From: Lama guanicoe
Lineage: Eukaryota
NCBI GenBank assembly: GCA_013239625.1
Contig: MU053873.1
Coordinates: forward strand, 510,524-574,523
Length of the DNA stretch: 64,000 nucleotides
Direction of reading: 5' to 3'
Below the pieces are notes generated by a model. The model had not been told where the DNA came from. It searched no databases and saw only the letters and a program-made list of their open reading frames with translations. Below are positions 37,015-48,641 of the stretch, piece by piece. The position numbers and the translations under genes were made by a program. Within the stretch, counting starts at the first letter, position 1; every line of letters begins with the position of its first letter.

Positions 37015-40000
37015 TTACCTGTATTTTTGCTGACAGTTCTCACCAGAAGGACAGAATCAGGAGATGGCTTTTACTTTCACAGGCAAGTTCTGTCATGAAA
37101 CAGCCCCATCCCTACCCCAGGCCCCTGCCTCTAGGGTGCCTGGGGACCGACCGTCAAGCTGAGATCCCTTTGGGTGGAGTAGGATTAGAGGAAGGGGCGG
37201 CTGCTGCCTGTTCCTGTGACAGGCTCACCAGGTCGGCATGACAGATCCAATGGGCGGAGTCCAGCCCCACGTCCAGCTGGCCTCTGTCACAGGAGAGATG
37301 AGGACCAGCTCAGTGACCTGCTAACGGGGATGCATGTGGCTTGTCACACCTGGAAAACCAGACTCCCCTGCTCAAAAGGGGTCTGCACAGAAAGGTGTTG
37401 GTTCCACCCCCAGAGTCTTAATTCGGAGTAACATGCAATGGCCAAGACAGAACTTTTCCTTGGATATCAGGGGCCTCTGAATGGCCATTCAGATTCAGAA
37501 GTCAGTGGTCTATTTTACTTCTGTTATTCAGATCAGGGGCTAGGCTCTGAGGTCAGAACCCAGCTGGCCTCAGCCACTCCCTGGCTCTGTGACTCTGAGC
37601 AAGGTGGCCTCAGCTCTCTGAGCCACAGTTGTCTAGTCTGTAAACTGGAGACGTTGGCAGGATGGCTGGGATAAGGGGTGCACAGTCCTGGCCTGCTGTG
37701 AGCTCACGGGACCCTGCTCACGGTGACCCAGGCACAGGGTGGCAGGTGCCTCCCACCAATGCTCCAGCCAGCTTTCTGTGCAACCCACCTTTCCCCTCCT
37801 CAGCACAGCTGCCCGGACTCCTCCAGGGCAGTCTTCCCAGAAGCTTCATGGCTCAGGATGGACACACAGGAGCCAGAGAGAGAAGACAAGCACAGTTCAG
37901 CCTGGTAAGTATGTGCCACATGCCCTGAGAGCCCAGAGGACGCGCTCTGCTCAGCCTTGTGGAACTGTAAACTACTTCAGTGAATCCTTGAAACAAAGCC
38001 TGGTGATAGGTGTGATTATAAGTCTCATTTAGCAGATTAGTCACTTGCTCGTGGCTGATTCAGGATTCAAACTCAGGTCTGCCAGCCTCCAAAGTCCGTA
38101 TTTTCAGTCCCTTGGTTTTCCTGCCTCCCTATAGCTTGGCACTTGAACCGGAAGCCACAATACTCCACGCATGGTTGGCTCAGCATGAAAAAGAGTACCT
38201 ATCACCTCCTTCATTCTTAGCACCATACTTCTGTTAATACAACCTGTCAAATCAAGTCATTCCACTGACAGAGAGGCAGGGGAGAGGAGAGGAAAGTAGG
38301 ATGCCAGGCAGGATACATTTTCCAAATCTCCACTTTGCCATAGTCTCTCCCTTGTCAGCCACTGGAAGGAAAGGATATCCACTGGAGGTCTCAGTTTGAA
38401 GGGAAACTTAGTGTTTCATTAGGAAAGCTTAGTGAGTCAAGGAGATAAGACACCATGTGGCACTGCAGCCGCAAGGCAGGAAGCGGCCTCCCTTTTGGAG
38501 GCCTGCACCGGAGGAAGAGAGAAGTCGGCTCAGACATCAGGAAGGGAGGAAGATGGACAGAAGCAGGGAGGACTCTGTTACACGTGAAAGGTGTGGGGAA
38601 GAGATAAGGTCTGCCTGAGGAGGACACGAGGCAGCTGGGGTTTACACTAGTATTAGAGATGCTGAAAACAAGATTGTCAAGGGACACAGAGGGGAGCACA
38701 AGAAAGCGATCAGGCCTCAGAGGGATGGGAAAGACGTAGGGAACGTGGTTTTAAAGCAGCCGGGACAATGGTGGTGGTGGGGAGGGGGGAAGCAATCATT
38801 TGGATGAGTCAGCTGCGAAGTCATCCCCAAAGCTGTCTGTCTGCATTTTGTGGATTGAATATGCGAATTAGGTGCTGATCCCTGGAGACAGTGCAGCGTC
38901 CCCACCTCCACTAACTTATTCACTGTAGCAAAAACTACCCCTAGTAGACCTGTGCTAAGCACATCACAGGCATTATCTCCTGTGTCTTCCCAACCACCCT
39001 GTGAGGTATGATTATCATTATCCCATTTTCCATACAAGGAAACCAAGGCTCACAGCAACCCATCCAAGGTCACCTGGCTGGAGGGGAGCAGAGCTGGAAT
39101 TCAAACGCAGGCATGTTCTGTTTCCATAATCCACATCTGAGCACAAGATGAGAGAGGAAAGGGACCCACAGCAAGAGCCCTGTTTGGAAGGTGTATGAAG
39201 TGAGGCTGGAGGTTGCCTGGAGCTTAAAAGTCAAGCTAAGGAATTTGAACTTGATCTCGTAGGTAGTGGGAAGCCATTGAAGGTGTTTGCGCAGGGGAGT
39301 TGACCTGGCGGCCTTCTGAGGGTCCAGAGCAGTTGAGAAAGGTTCTGTGCAGGAGTCACAGAGGGACGACAGGCCAGGAGCAGCAGGAAGGCAGTCAGCA
39401 CTCCTGTACTCACAGTCGACTGAACGGCTCCCGGCTGACATGCCAAGCAATCCATCATTACCTTGTCCTTGATGCTGGCTGGAGTCTGCCCTTGGCTTTC
39501 AGTCTGTGCATAAATCCAAGCATATCAGGTCCAGGCTCTAATGAAAAAAGAAAAATGATTTTTACCCGGTGGGGAGCAGTGGAGAGGGGTGTGGGCTCTG
39601 GAGCCAACTGTCCTGGATTTGAACCTCTGCTGCACTCTCACTAGCTGTGTTACCCTAGGCAAGACATTTAACCTCTCTGAGCCTCATTTTCCACCTGTAA
39701 AGTGGGGTGGAGAGCAGTGCCCACCTGAGATGGAGGATCCAGTGACACAGGGGGTGTTAGCGGCTGGCCCTGGGTGAGTGCCCCGGGGAGGGAGCTATTT
39801 ACTTGTGTGTGTATGTGTGTGTGATCTTCTGCAGGGGCCGCTGCGTGCCCCTGGTACAGGGTGTTCGTCCTTCGCTAACACATCCTGCCTGAGGAATTTG
39901 TATTCCCTCCAACTTTGCACATTGCTCAGACATTCTATATTCATTGATTCCTGTCTGTTCCTCAGAAGACTTCAAACTCATTTGTAGGACAGTCCTTGTT

Positions 40001-40602
40001 CCCTGTTGTTGGAAAGGCTGGTTGAGTTACAGGATGGAATCTATTTCTTTTTAATAACTTACATTGCCCCCGCCCCCCAGCACTTTATATTACAAAATCT
40101 GTAACATGCTTGGTGTGGTTCACACAGATAAGCAAAGGGAAAGAAAAGCCACCGGAAATAATTGCTGTTAGGATTTTTGTTCTTATCCTTCCAGCATTAC
40201 TTTAGAAAAAGGAATGTAACAGTGGTTTTCTACAAAAGTGGGATCATCCAACACATGCTGTTAACATCATTTTTTCAGTTAATTAGACATTGTGAACAGT
40301 TTTCCACTTCTCGTCTGCATCCTTTTTAATGGTTTAACAGTATTCTGTTGTACTGTGCTTTCATCAACCGGTTCCCTGCAGTTGTACATTAAGGTTGTTT
40401 CTTATTATTTGCTGCTAAACTACAGTGAACTGGCTAAATATTTGTCTACATCCATGATTATTTTCTCAAGATTAATTTTCAGAAATAGAATTCCCGGGTC
40501 AAGTTCTTTGACTGTCAAATTGACCTTCCCAGTAGCAGGATTTGAGAATGATCAGTTCCCATATCTTTGCTCACACTAGGTATTGTAATTTTAAAAATTC
40601 AT

Positions 40603-40691
40603 GGAGGAAGGGCATAGCTCAGTGGTAGAGCCCGGGCTTAGCATGCACAAGATCCTGGGTTCAATCCCTAGCACCTCCATTTAAAAAAAAA
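40603..40691 (+). mobile_element. Vic-1-type SINE (short-tail form)
   Basis: GCATAGCTCAGTGGTAGAG...CTGGGTTCAATCCCTAGCACCTCC plus poly-A. Confidence 0.85.
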
Positions 40692-40759
40692 TCATCAGTT
40701 TAATGGGTAAAAGTATGTCTAGTTATCTTGATTTTGCAAATTGGATCTTACAGAGCCCC

Positions 40760-40960
40760 AAAGAGTGGATTCAGGTATAAACGGTCCAAGGCCTCCACTG
40801 AGACAGTATCTACATCTGGCTCCTCCCTCTGCTGGCTCTGTTTCTCTCCTTTCCTTTGTTGACCTGAAGGATATTGACTCCAAGGGCACTCTGTAATAAA
40901 CCCTCTGCACCCTAACCTCCCACCCAGGATCTGCTTCCCAGGGAAACTGGTCTGTCATCC
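40760..40960 (+). mobile_element. LTR16-like (ERVL) LTR 3' part
   Basis: AATAAACCCTCTGCACCCTAACCTCC...TCTGCTTCCCAGGGAA resembles the recalled LTR16 terminus. Confidence 0.6.
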
Positions 40961-41374
40961 TTGTGTCTACTGGGGACTAACCTAGAATGTTCTGAGCGCT
41001 GGGCTTTCCTTCTTTCTTTGAGCTGCCAAGACAAATTGGATTCAACCCAGAGCTGAAAAGTTTTGAGCCTTCGCAGACAACCCTGGCACAACAAAAGTTT
41101 CCAGGGTAGCCCGTGGTTGGGTTAATTAAGCAGTCAGTTGGGTGAGGATTTACTGTACAGTAATCCTTACCCCCTTGACATCCCTCCAAGATGACAACAT
41201 CTCCAAAAATAACACGAATTACAGTTGTCATCGTGAATATCATGGTGAGTATTTTACAGATGAGAAAACCAGCTCAGAGAGGGTAAGAAACTTGCCTGAG
41301 TTCACAGAGCCAGTGAGTCATGGGGTTTGAATTTGAACACAGGACTGTCCATTCTAAAATCACTGCTCTTTATA

Positions 41375-41972
41375 TAACTGGAGGGAGCTCTAATTCGAAA
41401 AACTACAACACTGTATACAACAGCCAAGACATGGAAACAACCTAAATGTCCATCAACATAGGACTGGATAAAGAAGTTGTGGTATATATTTATACAATAG
41501 AATACTACTCAGCCATAAAAAAGAATAAAATATTGCTATTTGCAGCAACAAGGATGGCCCTGGAGATTGTCATGCTAAGTGAGGCCAGAAAGAGAAAGAA
41601 AAATACCATATGATATCACTTATATGTGATATTTTTAAAAAGACCCAAATGAATTTATTTACAAAACAGAAACAGACTCATAGACATAGAAAACAAACTT
41701 ACGGTTATTAAGGGGGAAAGGGGGTTTGGAGGGATAAATTGGGAGTTCAAGATTTGCAGATACTAACTGCTGTGTATTAAATAAACAAGAAGTTTCTATT
41801 GTATAGCACAGGGAACTATACTCAATATCTTGTAGTAACCTATAATGAAAAAGAACATGAAAATGAATATATGTATATATATGTATGACTGAAACATTAT
41901 GCTGTATACTAGAAAATGATACAATATTATAAACTGACTATATTTCAATTAAAAATAAATAAATAAATAAAT
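41375..41972 (+). mobile_element. 5'-truncated L1 (ORF2 end, 3' UTR, (TAAA)n tail)
   Basis: CAGCCAAGACATGGAAACAACCTAAATGTCCATCAAC...TACTACTCAGCCATAAAAAAGAAT; TSD-like AAAATCACTGCTCTTTATA (41356-41374) / AAAATTAGTGCTCTTTACA (41973-41991). Confidence 0.92.
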
Positions 41973-42149
41973 AAAATTAGTGCTCTTTACACTTCACTAG
42001 AGATATTCAATGAGAATAATACTATGACCCTTGGGATTGTTATCATTGTTCAAATTAAATGACATGTAAAGGCTAAGCACTTAGTACAAGGCTTGGCTCA
42101 CAGTAAGTGGTCGATAAGTTTAAATCATTAATTAGAACCCCACCCCCAC

Positions 42150-42665
42150 CCCTGCCAGGGGCTTCCCTTTTTTCTTAGAATGAATCCAAACCCTTTGAGT
42201 GTGGCCTACAAGACCACATGGTATCTGACCCTATCACTCCCTCTCTTCCTTCAGTTCAGTGACTAAACCAAACTCACACCCACCTCAGGGCCTTTGCACT
42301 TTCTATTCTCGTTTCCTGGAATGCTTTTACTCTTGGTCTTTACCTGAGTTGAGATTTCCATTCAAATCTCAGCTCAAATGTCATCCCCATGGAGAAGACT
42401 TCCCTGATCATTTAATGTTGTTGCTCTTCAAACCCGATTCACTCCCTACATGTTACATGTTACCCAGTTTTATTTTCTCCATAGCCCTTAATGTGAGCTG
42501 AAATTCTTATTCACTTTTTTGTTTACTGTCTATCTTACCTACAAGAATGCTTAAGCTCCAAGAGGGTAGGAGTCTTTCCAGTTCTCTACTATCCGCCCAA
42601 GCTCTAGGACAGTGCCAAGAGGAACAGGCACTCAATAGGAGATGTGTTGATTGAATGAATGAATA
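42150..42665 (+). mobile_element. L2 LINE 3' end (other L2 pieces at ~49000-49760 on - and ~60740-61055 on +)
   Basis: CCTCAGGGCCTTTGCAC...TCTCAGCTCAAATGTCA...AAGCTCCAAGAGGG...TGAATGAATGAAT terminus. Confidence 0.8.
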
Positions 42666-44299
42666 GTTTCTAGTTTAGTTGGGAGAGATGTTTTTGAATG
42701 CAAGAGAGAAGCTGGGGGAATAGGATATCAGCATAAAACTCTTAGCCCAGAGAGCAGTCCTACTTGCTCAGAGCGATACCAGATGGTAACTTTTCAGAAG
42801 AGAATTTCAGAGACCTTCGGGAACTTGCTTTATGAGGCACTTAACCATTTAGCTTTTCCTGACACCTGTGCAAGGGGAGCAGGTGTGGAGTCCTTCGGGC
42901 TTTGTGACTATAAAGACTGTCTCAGCTTTTGTCTCCAGAAAATGCCTCAGGCTGAGCTTGGGACAGAGGTGAACTTTTTTCCAGTAATAAACAGCTTCTG
43001 CATGTCAGATTGAGGAAGGCGCTAACCCTCACTTCTGCCACCTGTGGGGCAGACCCACCCGGGGAGCTCTGGGGAGGTCCCGCTCCCGTTTGGCAGCGCC
43101 ACTCAAGGACAAGTTCCAATCTGGACCTCAGGAAGAGGAGCCCTGGGCCACCCAGCAGCCGGGTTCCAGGCCCGGAGCTGGGGCTGGGGGCTCACATTTT
43201 GTGTCTCTCTGGGCAGCCTCCTTTTAATTTACTTATAGTCCCCTATTATGAAGAGAATACATGCTTGATGCAGAAAACTTAGAAATAGGGGGAATTTCAA
43301 TGGAAAAGAAAATGACTCAGTCAGAATTCACCACTGTGAACATTTCCAATTTTTTCCTTATACCATTTCTACAAACAAACAAACAAAAAGCATGCTTTAT
43401 ACCAATTCCTGACTTTTTTCACTTAGCTTTATATTTTGACTGTTTTATCTGAGTCTTTACCTTAACTATAACTAAATTGCTTTCTTTTCTATCAAATGTT
43501 TATTAGAATATCAGTATCTGCTTGTTATAAGAAAGTCAATCACTGTTGCACAAAGGGAAAGTTCTGTGAAATCCTACCCCTCAGATGTGTGTTTTCCCAG
43601 GAAAAGTTTAGTGCACATCCCTCTGTGTTCTGTGGGTACCTTTATCAATGTGTCTTTCCATAAGTGGGATCAAACTAAAGAACTAAACATAGCACTTTGC
43701 AGCTTGATTTCATTTTCACTTTATCTTTCTTTACAACTACACACTGCGTCACCTCAGTCTTTTTATTGTCTGCATGGATTTCTACAGTATGAATCAAACT
43801 TTCATTGAACTATTCCCCTATTGAAGGATGTTTTTGTTTTTTTAATTCCAAACAATGCTCCAATGACTTTTCGAGCATGTGCATATGCACCTGTGACTCT
43901 GCAGATATTTTTCCAGACATGGAAAATCAGGGTCAAAAGGAATGAACATAGTACCCTCCAAAATCATTGTTTTGGCGCCCGTGGGGCAGTGCCTGCTCCT
44001 TCACTAAAACACTGGTGGTGGTAATCCTTTCCATCTGTGTTGATTTGATGCACAAAAAAATGGTATTTCATTTTGTTTCTTTATTAATGAAACCGGGCAT
44101 CTTTCCATGTTTGTAGCTGTTTGTATTTCTTGTCTTGTGCCCATTCCTGTCCTGTACCCTCACTTCTACCGAGTTATTCATCTTTTTCTTATTGATTAGG
44201 AAGACTGTTTCCTCTGTTAGTGAGGTTGGTACTTTGCCTGTTTGCTGGATATTTTATCCCAGTTAAAACTTTTTCTTTTTTTGAAACTTTTAAAGACTT

Positions 44300-44431
44300 T
44301 TATTGATTATTTCTTTTCGGGGGGCAGGGAGGTAATTAGGTCTTATTTATTTAATGGAGGTACTGGGGATTGGACCCAGGACCTCGTACATGCTAAGCAT
44401 GCGCTCTACCACCGAGCTATACCTGCCCCCC
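44300..44431 (-). mobile_element. Vic-1-type SINE (long-tail form) nested in an old L1M fragment (~43700-44760)
   Basis: GGAGGTACTGGGGATTGGACCCAGGACCTCG...GCGCTCTACCACCGAGCTATAC. Confidence 0.85.
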
Positions 44432-44765
44432 TAAACTTGGTTTTAAATAACTGCGTAGTATTTCACCTCAATAGGAATTCCTATTTTAGATACTTTACTT
44501 GTTTTCATCCCTTTCATCCCTATTATAAACAATATCGTGATAGGTATCTTTCGTGGACATTAATTTTTTTTAAGGAAAATTTGCTAGAAGTGGAATTTAT
44601 TGGGTTGAAGATATTTTTATCAAGGACCTTAATACACATGTACAAAATATCCTGCAGGAAGATGGTACCACTTGACACACCCTTCCCAATAGCAAATCGG
44701 TGCCATTTTTCCACATCCTTGACAAGGTAGGGTATGTCATTCTTTAGCTTGGCCAATACGATGGG

Positions 44766-45165
44766 CGTATATGCTTTCTAGGGCCACCAGAACAGATTAC
44801 CACAAACCAAGTGGCTGAAAACAACAGACATCTATTCTCTCCCAGTTCTAGAGGATAGAATTCTAAAATCAAGGTTTCAGCAGGGGCACAGTCCCTCTGA
44901 AGTTTTAAGCAAAGAATCCTTCCTTGCCCCTTCCCTTGCTTCTGGAGGTTGCTGGCAATCTCTGGCACTCCTTGGCCTGTGAAAGCTCAACTCCTTTGTC
45001 TGTCTCTCTCTTCACATGGCCTTCTTACAAAACACCAGTCACTGGATTTAGTGCCCACCCCAATCCGTTATGACCTCATCTTAATGTAACTAATTACATC
45101 TACCATGACCCTATTTCCAAATAGGTCATCCTGAGGTTCTGGGTGGACACTACTCAATCCCATAA
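44766..45165 (-). mobile_element. MLT1 (ERVL-MaLR) solo LTR, MLT1B/C-like
   Basis: ATTACCACAAACCAAGTGGCTGAAAACAACAGA...TTCTCTCCCAGTTCTAGAGG...TGACCTCATCTTAA...ACCCTATTTCCAAATAGGTCA. Confidence 0.85.
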
Positions 45166-46274
45166 AATAGGAAAAACAGGGTTTATTGTTACTTTAATGG
45201 TCGGCTCTTATTGAAAGGAGACACACAGACACAACCTCAAAGCCCAGAAATGCTGATGACAAACAATGGGACACCTTAACACAGAATGGCTTAGGAACAG
45301 GCTTGCTTGTTGGGCTGAGTCAGACTGTGCCCCACCTGAGGCAGGTGATCAGCTAAGCACTTCTAAGCCTGCTGCCCTGAGCTCGTCATCAGGTACTCGA
45401 GAATAACACAGGGTAACTCTTTGAGAACGTTCCCTGCTTTATTGTTTTTCACCAGCACCATGCCCTCAAATGGCTGGGAAAAGGGCAATGTAAGTGGCAC
45501 TCTTCAACCCTGAGTTATCCTCTATGTGATGCTGAAATCATTCTTAGAAGTCTTAGAATAACCTCTACTTTTGTTCAAGTTTTGATTTGGCCCCCAGAGC
45601 CGTGCTACCTTTGGCAGGTCATAATTTCTCTAGGCCCTGACTTGATCAAGATAGGCCTCAGGTAGGACAAAGTGGGCAATTCCTAGGGTCTCTCCTGTCC
45701 CTGCCTGGGTTCACCAACCTGCCTCTTCTAGCCCCGTTAGTTGCCAGACGATGATCCAGCTCTGGCCAAATCATGCCAGGTTCCAGGTGAAAGTTGGGGG
45801 GCAGGTGAGTTGCTCATCTTCCCAGGTCAGTGACCAAATAGAACTGCTCTGCTCCTGCTCAGCACACCCTGGTGCTCTCCACGACTGTTCCCAGTCACGG
45901 TGCACGTTTTCCAAAGTCCAGGTACCCAAGGATACTCAGCAAGTTAAAGGCAGAATGGAGACTAAACCCTCAGGCCAAAGTTTGCTCCCCAGTTGGGTCC
46001 ACAGTGCTTCCCTGCGGCCAAGCCAGTTAGCGTCCCTCTGCGTGACTAAGAATGGAATTACCAGTTTAGAAGCCAAGTTGAAGATAACATCTCCAACTCT
46101 AGTTCACGGTTTGAAAACTAGAATTCTTTGGAAGTTAATGGGAAACCCAAAATAATGGACTCTGCCCTTCGGATGTTTGCAGAGGCCTTTGAAGTGGTGT
46201 CAAATAACTGATAAGTGAAGATCGGGTAGTTAAAAAGCACCCAATGCAGAAGCAGGCCTCAAGGACAATTTACA

Positions 46275-46280
46275 TTTATT
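46275..46280 (-). terminator. UQCR10: UQCR10 polyadenylation signal AATAAA
   Basis: TTTATT on + strand, ~200 nt past the UQCR10 stop. Confidence 0.75.
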
Positions 46281-46479
46281 TGCTGATGACTCTGGGTAAA
46301 CATACTTCAAACACAGCAGAAGTTAAAGAGTCTGTCAGGTGAAGCCATTTCCCGCCAGTCGCTGAAGGTGGTCCGTGGAGAGTGACGTGGACATCATCCT
46401 CTAGCTGAGGCCCTGGCTCTGGGCAAACAGTGGGTTGGTGGCCCCTGTCCTTCTGGCCTGGATGGGGGCCTCGGAGGAA

Positions 46480-46524
46480 CTACTCCTTGTTCTCATACTT
46501 GTGCTTGATGTGTTTCCACAGCTT
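46480..46524 (-). CDS. UQCR10: UQCR10 exon 2 (KLWKHIKHKYENKE*)
   Basis: CAG acceptor on minus strand at 46525-46527, TAG stop; recognisable C-terminus of cytochrome b-c1 complex subunit 9. Confidence 0.96.
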   Translation of the reverse strand, partial: KLWKHIKHKYENKE

Positions 46525-48061
46525 CTGCATTTTAAAGAGAATGAGCCACAAACTCAGTTTTGCCTCTCCTATTTTACAACTAGTCCCACTGCCCTGGTCT
46601 TTAAAACAAGCCTGAGAGAAGCATGTACCGTGTCCTGACGGTTTGCAGTGGGCAAACTGGAAGCCGTACCAGGCCTGATGTATATTCCTAACATTTACAG
46701 AATGCTCTGATGCTCTCAATCACAGCGGGAACTCAGTGGGAAGGCATGATCTCCACTTTACAGGAAACTGAGATAGGGAGGTTGAGGGACCTGCCCAAAA
46801 GCACACAATTATTAAGTAACAGAGGCTGGAAAATTCTCATTTCTTCAACTCACAGGTATTACTCAAGAGGTCCTAAGTGCATGGTCACCAAATACTTCAC
46901 ATTGAGCCATTTTAAAAATTTCCTCAAATGCATGGTCCTTGGGTCAGAAACCAGCTGGATTCTCATCCCTCAAAGCACAGAAGATGGGTGGGTTATGACA
47001 ACGTACAGAGATGCCTTCCCCACACACTGGAAATGACCAGAGGAACTGCTTGCAGATGGAACAGTAGCAGTACTTTCGTGAGGACAGAAAGCTGTCCTGG
47101 CCACAAGGAGTACATCAGTGGATGGAGCCTGCCTGGGCTGTAGGGCCAGACAGCTTCAAATTAAAAATGGAGTGAGTGGTGGAATAGGGCTTATCTGTCC
47201 ATGACTTTCCCCACTATGAGCCACAAATTAATGATATAAAGCATGCAGAGCATCTAGCACAGTGCCTGGCACACAGGGACTCTAAAAGGTGTCATTATTC
47301 TCTATTCTATGGTTCCACTTCCTCTTGAGGAATGTAACAAATGCTACTTTTTGAGTGGCACCACCTACCAGGTACTGTGGAACCTTGCCTGCATCTCTTA
47401 TAATCCTCACAATAACTTCCTGAGATAGTTAATATTATTATCATATTCATATCACAGATAAAAGTGAAGTTCAGAGAGATTAAGAAACTTGCCCAACTTA
47501 ATGCCACAGTTATTAAGTGATAAGGTCCAGTGTCCCCATCCAGGGCTCTCCGATTTCATACCTTCTCCTACTGTTAACCACTGTTTATACCAGGCTGCCA
47601 GCAAGGGAAGACTTTGGAGGCAAAAAGTGCTATATAAAAAGGCAGGCCACTGTCTAAAATGTCCTTTTCGCGACAGTTGCCCGCACAAATCTGCCCTTGA
47701 AACCCTCAGACGAGACAGGGGGCCCGGGGTACAGCCCTGGCTTGCCATTGACCTCCTGGTGGTATGGCCCTAACAAGTCCTTTGCCCTCACTAGACTTTA
47801 GTTTTTCATTTCTGCAAATGGACACGTGGGTATGTGAGGTGGGAGGCAGTAATACTTACACCCCCTGCAAAATGAGATCTATTGACCTCGTTTAACGTTT
47901 TAGAGTTCACACCAGGGAAAACCGACAGACAGCAGCCTACAGACAGAAGACGCCCAGGGTTTACCCCCATGCTCGTAAAGGTAGATTGAGTCCCGCCCCA
48001 CCTCCACTCCCACTGTCACCCCTCAGAGGGGCCCAAGGTCAGGGATGGCCCAGGCCCTCAC

Positions 48062-48211
48062 CCCCTGGTTGATGTGTTCGTAGATCGCGTCCGCGCCTTG
48101 ATCGAAGGCGCGCTCGAAGAACAGGGCGCCCACGGCGATGGTGAGGGCGAAGGTAGACGTTCTGCGGAACAGCAGGGAGTACAACCTCGCAGTCAACGTT
48201 GGGGCCGCCAT
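48062..48211 (-). CDS. UQCR10: UQCR10 exon 1 (MAAPTLTARLYSLLFRRTSTFALTIAVGALFFERAFDQGADAIYEHINQG), complex III subunit 9
   Basis: ATG in strong Kozak context (AACATGG), GTGAGG donor at 48061; 50 codons; 64 aa in total with exon 2. Confidence 0.97.
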
Positions 48212-48584
48212 GTTTGTCCGCTGCAGAACTAGCGCCACCGCGCCTGCGCCGCGACCGACCTTTCTCTCAGAAGGTCTTCGACCTGGAGCACTTTATGGGA
48301 TTTGTAGTTCTGAATCTCTTGCTCGTCGTTTTAAACCGTGGAGGTAACTGATGGCTTTGAGCGGGATTAAAGTCTCCTAAAATTCAGATCATGGCAGCCA
48401 AAATAGTTTGATAAAATGTATTACCCAATTTTTCTCCTTAATCATTTCTTGCTGATTAACTGTTAAACTACAACACCCAGAAGCCCTCGCGCTTCCTCCA
48501 CCTCCTCCGGCGCTTTGATTCGCAAAGGTTTCTGGGACGAGCGGATCAATACCTAAGGAAGGACTACGAATCCCAGCAAGCAGT

Positions 48585-48641
48585 TCGCGGCGCGAGGGCG
48601 CAGGAGGAGGAGCTCGGAGCCGTCGGGCCCCGAGGAGCCAG
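48585..48641 (+). other. ZMAT5: Probable non-coding exon 1 of ZMAT5 (start approximate)
   Basis: GC-rich segment downstream of the promoter motifs, ending in CAG|GTACCT; position fits the known head-to-head layout. TSS not determinable from sequence. Confidence 0.55.

Noticed and set aside
47852..47870. ATACTTAC matching the 5' end of U1 snRNA
   Set aside because: The match stops after 8 nt; better explained as a minus-strand splice donor.
48212..48238. N-terminal extension of UQCR10 in the ORF track
   Set aside because: Begins at a non-ATG codon in the probable 5' UTR; the ATG at 48211 has a strong Kozak context and matches the known N-terminus.
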